Assembly (NCBI GenBank): GCA_964016885.1
Contig: OZ024741.1
Span: 208,134,001 to 208,198,000 of the forward strand
Reading direction: 5' to 3'
Length of the DNA: 64,000 nucleotides
From: Eledone cirrhosa
Taxonomy: Eukaryota
Position 1 is the first letter of the stretch. The number at the start of each line of letters is the position of its first letter. This document shows, in pieces, positions 27,218 to 39,164 of the stretch. Position numbers and translations under genes: made by a program. Below the pieces are notes generated by a model. It did no database searches. It saw only the letters and a program-made list of their open reading frames with translations, and had not been told where the DNA came from.

Positions 27218-27491
27218 AGATTTGATTATTGAAAAAAATCAAACAAATATTTAATATAATAGGTTTGTTTGGGAACAGGTTTTGAATTGACCAATAGAAA
27301 TGTAGTTAGTGGTCAAGTTGATAGAATAGTAGTAGTAGAAATTTAATTTAGGCGTAGAGGAATGCAGACTTATGTTTTGAATGGAAAGAATACTTTGAAT
27401 GAAAAGAATACTTTGGGGATGAAAAGAAGTCAAGCCGGTGATGGGTACACGAAAATGTGATGTTATTAAAGAATAATGTTAATGTTAAAAA

Positions 27492-27637
27492 CGAAGGAGA
27501 GTAAATTTTAGGGTAAAGGTATTAGTGAGAAATACCAATATTAATTTAATTTCTTGTTATAGATCTAAATTCCTTGTGTTTTAAATAAGATTGGTATTTC
27601 TCACTAGTACTTTTACCCTAAAATTTACTCTCCTTCG
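27492..27637. repeat. ~47-bp inverted repeat at the 5' truncation point of a Penelope-like fragment
   Basis: 27492-27538 is the reverse complement of 27590-27637. Confidence 0.8.
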
Positions 27638-27668
27638 ATAGATAGATAGATAAATAGATAGATAGATA
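27637..27668. repeat. (GATA)n tract at the 3' end of Tx1 copy A
   Basis: Direct reading. Confidence 0.95.
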
Positions 27669-27913
27669 CATAACTTTCTATTTATTTGCCACCAGGGCAT
27701 CAAAGATTGGGACAAATACAGGGGGGGGGGGGTACATACATTTCAAAGGACGTGTATAAACATATAACAAATCAAATTCAACAATCGAAGTCCTCAATAG
27801 GGAGGGGGCGTTGACGTGGGTCGCACACAGCCCCGAAAAAATGTGCAACCCTCCTCCTCGGGAGCACAAAGAGCGGGTGCTGCCTTCCCCTCCTCATTCT
27901 TCTCCTCTCTCAC

Positions 27914-30900
27914 CTACAGGCTGATATAGAGAGAAGGCCCATTCACTCGGGCCATTCTCGCCACTTTCACCCACCTTTCATAAAACGTGCTGGGGTAGAG
28001 CACCTGTCTCTCCATTCTGATCCTTCTAAAATGGTACTTGAAAAAAAGGACCAGTTGTTGGCCGGAGAGAAAGGTGTCTGACCTCAGCCCTTTCAACCTC
28101 GTCCACCATAGCTATCACACAGAGGAAAACCGCCCCTCCTTCGTTTTTGAAGGCGGTTTAATCGTGACAATGTACTCGGTGTTCAACCGGATTGGTCCTA
28201 CCCGCGACAGTAGTCGTTCCACGTAGCCCCACAGATCAGCAACGCCCGAGCAGTGTACGAATGTGTGCGCGACAGTTTCGTCGTGAAGCACGCATCTCGG
28301 ACAGATCTTCTTCGAGGGGTCTCTACCCGGGCGCCCGTGTCTGTAGAGCTTGTTCCGAACGGCTAGAGCTCCTCGGTAGCACTGTCAAGCCAGGGACTTT
28401 TGGAAGTTGTCCATCGGTCCCGGGCCGAACGTCCTACCGAACAGAATGGCTAGCTCGTTTTCCTCCATGCCCAGAGCCTCTCCGAGAACGTTGTTGCACT
28501 TGCTGCGCAACAACCCTCTATAGAATGTTGAGGTTGAGTCTCTACTGATTGCCGGATCCGCTTGCCACAGGGCCAGTCGCCCACTTTTCTCGGTCTTTGC
28601 AGTTCGGTGAGTGAGACGAGTCAGGAAAAGGGGCCCATACCGGCTGGCCGGTGAGGAATACCTGGAGGTGCCGTAGCCTTAATGCGTGTCTACGCATCTT
28701 CAGTCACGGCATCCCCAGCCCTCCGTCCCAAGGGTCTTGACAGCAGATGGATCTTCTCACCAAAGAGGCTCGCTTCTTCCAAAGGAATCGGAAGAGCGCG
28801 CGCTCCATTTTGGCGAGCGTTTTTGCTGGGGAAGGCACGACGGTCAAGCGGTAGAAGATGACTGACGCTATATAAGTGTTCGCCACCTCCGCTCGACCTT
28901 TCAGGGATAATTTGCACTCGGCCCACTTCTGGACGAGTACAAACACCCTGCCCCTTACCTCGTCCCAGTTTTTCTCCGCCTGGAGGTCCGATACGAACCA
29001 GACCCCGAGCAGCTTCACTGGTCCCTCCGTCCAGCGTCCGACGACGCCGTCGGAGGGCATCGGTTTGCCTCTCCACGTTCCGAGTTGCAAACCGACGGAC
29101 TTGTCCCGGTTCAGCTTGGCTCCTGTAAACCTTTCGTATTCCTCCAGTAAGGTGCCGATGTGCCCGATTTCCGAGACGCACAAAACAATTACTGTCACGT
29201 CATCGGCGTAGGCCGACACCACTTTCCGCAATCCCAGTTCCAAGGGGATTCCCTGCAACAGCTCCAACTTCCGCAGTAGTGGCTCAAGAACCAGCACATA
29301 CAGAAGGGAGGAGAGAGGGCACCCCTGTCGGATGGATCACGTGATTTGGAACGGCTCAGAAATGTAGCCGTTCACCTGGACCCTCGAGCAGGTGTTGCTG
29401 CTGTTCATTGCAGCAATCCAGCCCCTGAAAACGGGTCCGATCCTGCCGCCGCGAGCACCGCATCCAGGTACCGATGGTCGACCCTATCGACCGCCTTATA
29501 TTGATCCAAATTGAACAAGGCCCCACCAAATACGGGATCGTTCCCTACCCTCTCTACGATGTATCGCACGAGGTGGAAGTTGTCGTGTATGGACCTGGAC
29601 GCGATTGCGCATGTCTGCGCTTCTCCCACTAGGTTCCGACGACAAGCGCCAACCTCTTCGAAATTTTTAACTCTGTGTTTAGCAGAGTTATGGGTCTGAA
29701 GTTATCTATGTCATCCCCCTTGTTCTCGTCCTTCCTCACCAGCGTGACAACGCCCTTGGTCACAGAACTGGGAATTCTCCCAGTTACAGTAGACCGCCTC
29801 GAGGAGATCGGAGAACAAGTCCGGCATCGCTACATAAAGTTCGTATGGTAGACCATCGAGACACGGAGATTTGTGTTTGCCGCATTGGCTCAGCGCTTCC
29901 CCTATTTCAGCGGCTGAAATCGCAGGACTTCGCCTCCCCGTCCCAGAGCCGCAGCAGACCGTCAAGGTATGGACCGAAATCCATGGCCTCACCCGGCCCG
30001 CCGCCCCTCCCGAACAGTCGTGCAAAGCGCCGTTGAGAGGCCACGCACATCCGCTCAGGTTCAAGGATCACACGTCCATCCTGGTCCTTCAAAGAGCGAA
30101 TCGTGGACTTGTTGCCACTTTTCGCCTCTGTCACTCGGGCCCAGCAAACAGCTTTGTCTCCCTCGTTACGCAGAGCACGTATTTTACTCCTGACAACGCA
30201 GACCTCGTGCTTCGCGTCAAAGAACTGGTCTAGGGCCATTCTTGACGCCAGCACGCCGGCCACGTTTCCGCTCCTAATCGCTTCTTCTACTCTATCTATC
30301 AATTCCCTATCAGTTCTATTCCTATCTGATGCTAATGCCTGGCTAAAACCTATCGATTTTATTCTAATTTCTCTCTTGAGAGAACCCCACCACCTGCTGT
30401 TGACAATTGCCCCCGTCAACCGCTGCTTGTAAGCTTTGTTTGTCGGTAAGGACAAGTTTAGCTTCCGGTAACCGGGTCATTGTCTATGGGTTCTATCAAA
30501 GTTGACCACTCCGGTCACCAACTTGTGATCCGAATGGTCAACCATGAACATTCGTGGACAGCTTAATATGTCCCTATCCTTATTTTTAACTAGGAACCTA
30601 TCTAGGTACGACCTAGATGTTCCGCTGCGATTATTCCACGTCCTCAGTGGCACAGTCGGAAAATCTAGTCGATATCTATCGGCTAGATCAAATCGGCCGA
30701 TTAACCGTTTGAGGCTGTTACACCTCCCTCGTTCGGGACATGCCTCTACATAGTCCCAAAGTGCATCCAGGATACCATTCCAGTCCCCCACTAAAAGCAA
30801 GGAGCAAGACGTTCCCAGAAAAGTCTCTAGGCATTGGAAGAAGTCCGGTCGCGGAGTCCCAGATGGGGCATACGCTACCACCAGCCTGAAGGCTCCACCT

Positions 30901-31196
30901 TCACTACTGCCGACGTCTAGAGCCACCAGTCGACCCTCCGGGTCCAGGTGTACCTTCCGTGTTGCGAGGCCCAGGTGTTTTCGCTGCAGAACGCCTCCCC
31001 CCACCGGCTGACAGAGAGAAGCATAGATCTCAAAATCGTCGAAGATGGCGGCCAGTTGGTGCTCGCTGCTGATCCTGGACTCGCAAATAGCTATCACATC
31101 CATTCTGTGCGACTTGAGGTCATTTAAGTGTTTGCCCTGCTTCCAGGACATCCCCAGGCCGCGCACATTTAAACATCCAACTCTTATAAAAGCCAT
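27914..31196 (-). pseudogene. Tx1 ORF2 (APE endonuclease-reverse transcriptase), frameshifted, copy A
   Basis: GCLNVRGL, YAP, GDWN, YLDRF, SDH (APE); KSPCLDG, DQYKAVDRVDH, YADD (RT); ends NGPSLYISL*. Confidence 0.92.
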
Positions 31197-31239
31197 GTTG
31201 GTGGTGAATAGTTTAGAGTGGAGAAAAAGGAAAAGTCAC

Positions 31240-33054
31240 CTACCTGTCCTTCTCCTGGGGACCAGGCTGCACAATTTCCATGGGGGTGTCGGCGGGGTTG
31301 TTTGGTGGGGTGGTGGTTTGGGATGTGGTGGGGTTGGGGTGTTTGGTAGGGGAGTGGTGTCTGGTATGGTGGTGGGGAAAGATTTCAAGAGGACGCGGTT
31401 GATAGGTCTAGTGCAGGGTTCCCCACGTCCTCGGGAAAGTTCTGTTTGAGCATTGCGTAGGTGTCCCTTGGGACCCTAATCATTTTTAAATGCAGTTTAG
31501 TCGCCGCGTTGGTGAACATTCTCCCTTCGGTTTCCACCGAAGGGTCTTTGTCTATTGTTTGCACAAGTGTTTTGTTGTTTGTGTTGATGTATGTATACTG
31601 TTTTTGTTGTGTTGTGTTTGTTTTTGTTTGTTGTTCTTGTGTATGTTTTTGTTTGTGCTGGTGGTTGTGTGTTTGTTGCATTTTGTGAATGTGGTGCCTT
31701 CTTTTCTTTCTTTTTACCGGTTGAAATGGTTCTCCCTCGTCGTCACTGGGTGACGTTGATAAGGGTCCTCGTCCGTGTTGTTGGGGAGGGGTATATTTTG
31801 GGGCTTTGTTGTGGTTGCTTTTGTATTTGGTTTAGGTGGGGAGGGTTTGGGTGGGACAGTGTCTTGTGTTGTTATTTTTTCGTGTTGTTGCGGTTGTTGT
31901 TGTTGTTGTGGTGGTGGTGGTTCTGTTGTTGTGTTAGGGGTGGGCAGAAGCGTCTTTGGGGAGGGGGGGATTTATAAGGGGACCGGAAGCCCTCAGGTGA
32001 CCACTCCTTGAACAGTGGTAGCATGAAGGCCGCCTGCCCTCAACAGAAATGTTTATGAAGGCGACTCCATCCAGTGACACACGCTGCGGTATCCTAGCTC
32101 TCCGTTCTGGTCTCATTTGGACCAGAACTTCAAGGCTATTGCCGCCGAATACGCCCCCGGTGGATTCGCCTATCGAAAGGATTGTGTCCTCATCTTCTAA
32201 GAATCCCGTTAGCACCCACCCAATGCTCGCATTTGGCCTGATGCCCGAGATTCTTATCTTTTGAGTTCTTTTCCCCATATATGTGGGGGAAAAGGTGTAT
32301 GCTTTGGATACAATTGGCCACACAGAATATTTCCGTGCCGCTAACTCATCTTGCATTAAAACAGATATGCTTCCATACAATTTCCCCTTCTGTATGAAAG
32401 CGATATCCTTCCTGGCACTACTTCGGACCAGCTCGAATTCGCATTGGGACAATTGAGCCGGTTTCCAAGTCGTGCTTCAAACTGTCCCAAAGATTACGGT
32501 CCTCAGGACTGTGTCCCTTCTAATTTCTTCGGGCGAGGTAATTGTGAATTCCCCACCTTCCCCGAAAGTTACCAAGTTCCTTCCTTCTTTCGGCAATTTC
32601 TTGGCATTCGAGATGTCCAGTGCCTTGTATGTCTGCGTTTCTCGGACCGCCTGTGCGAAGGAAACTGCAGCTGTGGGTCCGTTTCTTTCGTGTTGTTATC
32701 ATTGTTGTTGTTGTTATTCGTTGTTATTATTCGTTGTTGTTATTCGTTGTTGTTATTCGTTGTTGTTATTCGTGTTGGCTTGCTTTTTTCCTTTGTTGGT
32801 GTTGTCATTATTGCTGCTGTTGGTTGTGTTGTTATTGTCATTGTTGCTGTTGTTGGTTGAGTTGTTATTGTCATTGTTGTTCTTGTTCGTGTAATTGTTA
32901 CTTTTGCGGTTTTCACCCATTTCCACAATTTTTTCTTTTGATTCCGTGGTGTCTTTTGCGGGAGTGAGGAGGGAAGGCTTACAGCGTTGTGCTGCTACCT
33001 TATCTCTGTCACTTTCCTTGGGGGCGTGGCATGTGTCGTATTAATGGCGTCCAT
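31240..33054 (-). pseudogene. Tx1 ORF1 (nucleic-acid-binding, zinc knuckle), disrupted, copy A
   Basis: Fragments 31934-32452 and 31385-31681 are homologous to ORF1 of copies B and C; the start codon is approximate. Confidence 0.8.
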
Positions 33055-33259
33055 TGTCACAAAACGACTTTTCATCGACAACTTATAACTATTAAATTTA
33101 GCCCCAAAAAGGGGCGCAATTTATTTTACCCAACGTCTGCAGGCCCAGGCGAGGGGTTAAACACAACAAATAACAAGTTACTTAAACAAACCTACCGCTT
33201 CTCGTAACAAGTTTACGACAAAATGCAGGAGCGAAACAAAAACACGTCTATCTTCTCCG

Positions 33260-33327
<68 letters not shown>
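33260..33327. repeat. (GATA)n tract between Tx1 copies A and B
   Basis: Direct reading. Confidence 0.97.
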
Positions 33328-33543
33328 TTCTTTATTTGCCACAAGGGGACAATACAAAGACATGCCGGGGATTTTACATACAGTCGTGTAAAAATATAAA
33401 ACAAACAATTACAACAATCGAAATCTCCAATAAGGGGGAAGCACCACAAATGGGTTGTTTAATACTCCGTCGAGAGAACAACCCTCAACTCCAGGAGCGT
33501 GTTGTGCAAGTGCTCCTTTCTTCCTTTTGCTCTATTCTTTAAC

Positions 33544-36500
33544 CTACAGGCTTATAAACAGAGAAGGCCCAATCACTCGTGATACTTAAAGAAGGGAATC
33601 AATTGTTGTCCGGAGAGAAAGGCATCTGTCCTCAGTCCTCTCAATCTCGTTCACCATACAACTTCTTTCACCATAGCCACTGTACAGAGGAAAACCCTCT
33701 CTCTTTCGTTTTTGAAAGAGGCTGGCGGTTTGATCCTTACTATAGACTCGGCAATCAACTGAATTTGTCCCATACGCGACAACAGTTGTTCTGCATAGTT
33801 CCACAGGCCGGTTAATCCCAGGCAGTGTAAAATTGCGTGCAGGACTGTTTCAATGTCTTGCGCGCATCTTGGACACGTCCTCCTGGAAGGATCCGTGCCT
33901 GTAGATCTTGTCCGTGCCTGTAGATTTTGTCATGAACTGGTAGAGCTCCTCGGTAGCACTGCCAGGTCAGGGACCTCTGGAAGTTGTCCATAGGTGGCGG
34001 GGGAAAAGTCCTACCGAACAGACTGGTGAGCTCATCGTCTTCGACGCCCAGAGTCTCTCCGAGCACGTCGTCGCCCTTGTAACGTACAATCCCTCTATAG
34101 AATGTCGAAGTGGAGTCTCCACTGATTGCTCTGCTCGCTTGACAGAGGACTGTGAGCGCCTAAGCGCATTCAATGTGCCAGGCGCCCATCGTTTTCGGTC
34201 TTTTCTTGACCCACGACTGCAGCTGCGTCAGCGAGACGAGCTGCTGGAAAGCCTGGCTCACAAACGGTGCTCACACCGGTTGGGGGTCGGTGAGGAATAC
34301 CTGGAGATGCCGCAGCCTCAGCGCATGTTTGCGCATCATCAGCCACGGTATTCCCAGCCCTCCGTTGGAAGGGTGCCGACAGCAGACGGATATCCTCACC
34401 AGCGGAGCCTGCTTCTTCTACAGAAACTGGAAGAGCGTACGTTCCATCTTGGCGGGGTGTTCACGCGGACAAGGCACGACAGTGAAGCGGTAGTAGATGA
34501 CGGACGCTATGAAAGTGTTCGCCACCTCCACTCGACCTTTCAAGGACAGTTTGCACTCTGCCCACTTCTGGGTGAGCGCAAACACCTCGGCCGTGACCTC
34601 GTTCCAGTTTTTCTCCACCTGGAGGTCTGGACCGAACCAGACTCCGAGCAATTTTTCCGGTCCGTCCGTCCAGCATCCAACGTCGCTGTCGGACGTCATC
34701 GGTTTGCCTCTCCACGTACCGAGTTGCAAACCGACAGACTTGTCCGGGTTTAGTTTTGCTCCCGTCAGCGTTTCGTATTCTTTCAGTAAGTTGCCGATCA
34801 CCAAGATTTCCGAGGTACTCGACACCATTACCGTCACGTCGTCGGCACAAGCCGACGCCCGCTTTGCGCAGTCCCGGTTCTAGAGTGATGCCCTGCAACA
34901 GCTCCAATTTCCGCAGTAGAGGCTCTAGAGTCAATACATACAGAATGGAGGAGAGAAGGCACCCTGTCGAATGGAACGTGTGATTGCGAACGGCTCCGAT
35001 AGGTAGCCGTTCAACTTGACCCTCGAGCAGATGCTGATGTGCATCGCCTCGATCCAGCCTCTGAAAACGGGACCGAAACCGGCCGCCTTGAGAACCGCTT
35101 CCAAGTATCGATGGTCGACCATATCGAATGCCTTAGACTGATCCATATTGATTTACTACCCACCCTCTCTATGATGTATCGCATGAGGTGGAGGTTGTCG
35201 TGTATGGACCTGGTCGGGATTGCACACGTTTGCGCTTTCCCTACCAGGTTCTCGACGACAAGCGCCAACCACGTCGTTAGCACCTTGGCCAAAATCGTTA
35301 ACTCTGTGTCTAGCATAGTTATGGGCCTGAAGTTGTTAATTTCCTGCCCCTTGTTCTCGTCTTTCCTGATCAGCGTTACTACGCCCTTGCCTGCAGAACT
35401 GGGAATTCTCCCGTTCTGCTGCCAATTGCAGTATACGGCTTCGAGGACGCCAGAAAACAAGTCCGGCATGCCTATGCAAAACTCATAGGGTAGACCATCT
35501 AGACCGGGTGACTTGCGTTTCCCGCAGCGGTCCAGAGCGTCCCGTATCTCAGTGTCCGTGATCGGTCTTTCGCAGAACTCGGCGTCCGTGTTCGAGAGAC
35601 GCGGCAGGCCGTCGAGGTATGAACTAATGTCCATTGCCCCGTTCAGCTCACCGTCGTTCTGCTCAAACAGTCGCGCAAAGTGCTGCTGAAAGACCGCGCA
35701 CATTTGCTTGGGGTCAAGTAGCACGCGTCCGTTTTGTTCTTTAAAAGACCGAATCGTGGACTTGTTGCCACTTTTTGCCTCCGCCACTCGGGCCCAGCTG
35801 ACAGCTTTCACTCCTTCGTTTCCTAGAGCACGTGTTTTGCTTCTGACCACGCAGCCTTCGTGTTTCGCATCGAAGAACTGGTCCCTGCCGTTCTCAACGC
35901 TAACACTCAAGCCGCGTTACCACTTCTAAGTGCCTCCTCTACCTTGGCTACTAGTTCTCTTTCTATTTTGTTTTTCTTTAAAGCTAACTCTCTACTAAAC
36001 CCTATCGATTCTACTCTAATTGCCTCTCTTGAGAGAGTACCACCATCTATTGTTGACGATGGCTCCCGTTAACTGTTGCTTGACTAGTCTACTTATCCGT
36101 TCACTGTAAGCTTTACGTGCCAGCAACGACACGTTCAGCTTCCAGTATCCGGGTCCCTGTCTACGTGTTCTGTCACGGTTGACTATGCAGACGACTTATT
36201 TGTCGTTTGAATAGGCAACCATGTGCATTCCTGGACAGCTTAACATCTCCTTGTCCCTTTCTCTAATGAAGAACCTATCTAAATACGAGCGAGATGTCCC
36301 GCTGCTGTTTGCCCACTTCCACTGTGGTGGAGTCGGGAAATCCAGTCGATATCTATCGACCAGTTGGAATTGGCCGATTAAAGTGCTGAGGCTGTTGCAC
36401 CCCCCTCTACTGGGACATGCTCCCACATAGTCCATCGTGCATCTAGGATACCATTCCAGTCCCCCACTAAGAGTAAGGAGCGAGACGTTCCCAGAAAAGA

Positions 36501-36887
36501 CTCTAGACGTTTAAAGAAATCTGGCCGTGATTGCGATTGCCTGGTCGGGGCATAAACGGCCACCAGTCTGAAGGCTCCACCTCCAATACTGTTCACGTCT
36601 AGGACTACCAGTCTATCCTCTGACTCCAAGTGTACTTGCTGTACTTCGACGTCCAGGTTCTTCCGAAACATGACGGCCACTCCACCTTAACCTACTGGCT
36701 GACAGAGAGATGCGTAGATCTCAACGTCGTCGAAGATGGGGGTTAGTTGCTGCCTGTTGTGGATGCTGGACTCGGTGATGGCTATCACATCCATACTGTG
36801 TGTCCTAAGGTTGTTTAAAAGTTGGCCCTGTTTCCAGGGCATCCCTAGGCCACGCATATTCACGCTTCCAATTCGTAAACTACCCAT
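33544..36887 (-). pseudogene. Tx1 ORF2, frameshifted, copy B
   Basis: GSVNMRGL, VYAP, GDWN, YLDR; KSPGLDG, NFRPIT, DQSKAFD, LSLKGR. Confidence 0.92.
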
Positions 36888-36928
36888 GTTGGTGGAGAAG
36901 AGTTGGCGAAAAGGACGAAAATGTGCAC

Positions 36929-38333
36929 TTACCTTTTCGTTTCCTGGAGATCGGGTTGTTCAATCTCCATTTCAGTTCTGGTGGGGGTGTTGGGTGGGGC
37001 GGGGAAACATTTTTATAAGACGCGGTTAATAGGTTTTTGACAGGGGTTGCCAATATCCTGCGAAAACTGTTCTTTCAATTTCTGATAGGTTTCTATCGAA
37101 ACCCTTATTAGTTTCAGGTGTGGAGACAATTCTACTTTGACGAAAGTTTTGCCCTCCGTCTCCACCTTGGGGTTTTGGGAGATGACCTCCATCAAACTGT
37201 GGTGTTGTTTGTGTCTGTGGTTGTATGTTGGTGTTGGTGATTTGAGTTTGGGGGGTTTTGTGGTGTCTCTTTTTTTGTTTTTTTAGATTTCAGAGGCTCT
37301 CCTTTTTCTTCACTTAAAGAAGGAGAAGCAGCCTCATCTGTTAATGCATAATCATCGTCAGGAGTGTGGGGTAGGGGTATGTTGTGTGGTAGTGGTGTTA
37401 CGTTATGTGTGTTTTGAGGTAGTGTTTGATGGAGTGGGATAGGGTGGGGCTGTGTTCTTCAGGGGTGTTGTCTGTGTTTTTTCTGTTGTTGGTTGAGTGG
37501 CTGTTTGTTTTGGTGTGTTTGCTCGTTTCGTCTGTTGTTGTACTTGTAGTGGTGGTTGTTTTGGTGTTGGTGTTGGTAATAGTGTTTTTTTAATGATGTT
37601 GTTGTCGTGTGTTTGTGAAGGTGGGGCCTTTAGGTCTGCTGTGCTACCACAGCGAAAGCAATGAGGTTCACATCCCTCCACCGAAACGTTTATCTTGTTG
37701 TTGTCGTCGATGACGAGTTTTTCGGGTATATTGGAGATTCTCTCCGGCCTCATCTGCATCAGAATCTCCAAATCAGTACCCGCCCACCTTTGTCTAATAG
37801 ACTTTCGTATTGAAAGAATAGCATTAGTCTCTGGCTCCACGAAGCCAGCCAAGATCCACCAGATGTTAATGTTTGATGGTATATATTTTTTTTGTGTCAT
37901 TTTTCCGATGTACGTAGGGAAAAAGGTGAATGATTTTGACACCTTTGGTGTCACAGAATGTTCTTGGGAGAGTGCCTCGCTTTTAAACAGTACGGAAATA
38001 CTTCCGTACTGTTTTCCTCGTTGAAGAAAGTCAATATTTTCTAGAGTCTCCTTCAATGTGGCTTCTATATCTCCTTCACTCACAAATATTGGCTTTCTCG
38101 TTGTGTTTGAGACAGTACTGAAGGTCACTGTCCTTCGAATTGTCTCTTCTTTTATTTCGAGGGGTGAATTGATTCTAAACCCACCCTTGTCTTCGAAAGT
38201 TACAAATTTTCTCCCTTGCTGGAGCATATCTCTTGCATTGGAGATGTCAAGATTTATAAAATCTTGTTTTTTGTTCACTGTTTCAGCGAAAGACATTTTT
38301 TGTTTGTGGTGTTGCTACTGCTGCTGCTGCTGC

Positions 38334-38388
<55 letters not shown>

Positions 38389-38600
38389 AGCCTCGGTGTT
38401 AGAAATCGCAATTTCTTGACGAGGTGAAACTTTATGTGTAGATGTATCTATGGAGTTGTTGTTGTTGGCTGTTTCATGTGTATGTATATTAATAGGTTTG
38501 ATTCCTGTGTTTTCCTGTGTGTTATTTTTCTCCGCATCGACGGTAGACATTTTTAAATGTTCAATTGGAAAAAAAAATGTTCCTTGTTGACGACGTCCAT
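36929..38600 (-). pseudogene. Tx1 ORF1, disrupted, copy B
   Basis: ORF 37403-38296 (CFRCGS knuckle remnant); Asn-rich N-terminus from (AAC)n; ends EQPDLQETKR*. Confidence 0.8.
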
Positions 38601-38814
38601 AGTGGCAGAAGCAGACTTAACGTTAATATCTGCCTTTCTACCTCTCTTCTCTCTGTTAACGTTCTCCGGCGTTCTTTCCGAGTTATTCATGTTTTATAGT
38701 CGGCAAAATTTGATTTTTTTAAACAACTTTTAAATTAAATTTTCGCCCCTAAAGGGGCAAAAAATGGATTTACCACCCAGCTGACAATTACCAGCGATGT
38801 TCCACAAGTCAGGC

Positions 38815-38903
<89 letters not shown>
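38815..38903. repeat. (GATA)n tract between Tx1 copies B and C
   Basis: Direct reading. Confidence 0.97.
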
Positions 38904-39164
38904 TCTTTCTTTATTTGCCACAGAGGCGTACAAAAATGCGACATTACAAGACGTGACGGCGGGGGTTTTACATAAAAATTACTTTAACATTAATAAATAA
39001 CAATAGAGTATATATAATAAAATAACATATATAATAAAATAACAATTGAAATCCCCAATAGGGGGAAACGTTACTTGTTTTACACCCCGTGGATAGAACA
39101 AACCTCAACACTAGGAACTCGTTTTGTAGGTGTTCCCGTCTTCCCTCTGTTTATCTTCCTCGAC

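Larger units (their letters stand above)
27669..33260 (-). mobile_element. Tx1-clade LINE, copy A (full length, disrupted)
   Basis: ORF1 knuckle CYHCSRSGHL; ORF2 APE, RT and C-terminal domain; 3' end GGCAAATAAA followed by (TCTA)n. Confidence 0.92.
33328..38814 (-). mobile_element. Tx1-clade LINE, copy B (near full length, disrupted, small 3' deletions)
   Basis: Same organisation as copy A; 3' end GTGGCAAATAAAGAAA followed by (TCTA)n. Confidence 0.92.

Noticed and set aside
33093-33180. HDV-like ribozyme in the Tx1 5' UTR (hairpin followed by CUAA/CGAA; CCTCGC loop-like motif in copy A)
   Set aside because: I could not build P1/P1.1/P3 consistently in the three copies; a simple hairpin explains the pattern. 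An RNAMotif HDV scan would settle it.
39080-39160. Short conserved peptide (GRREHLQNEFLVLRFVLST) after the ORF2 stop as a spliced ORF1 extension
   Set aside because: The frame relative to the acceptor differs among copies, and part of the conservation is explained by the 3' UTR hairpin.
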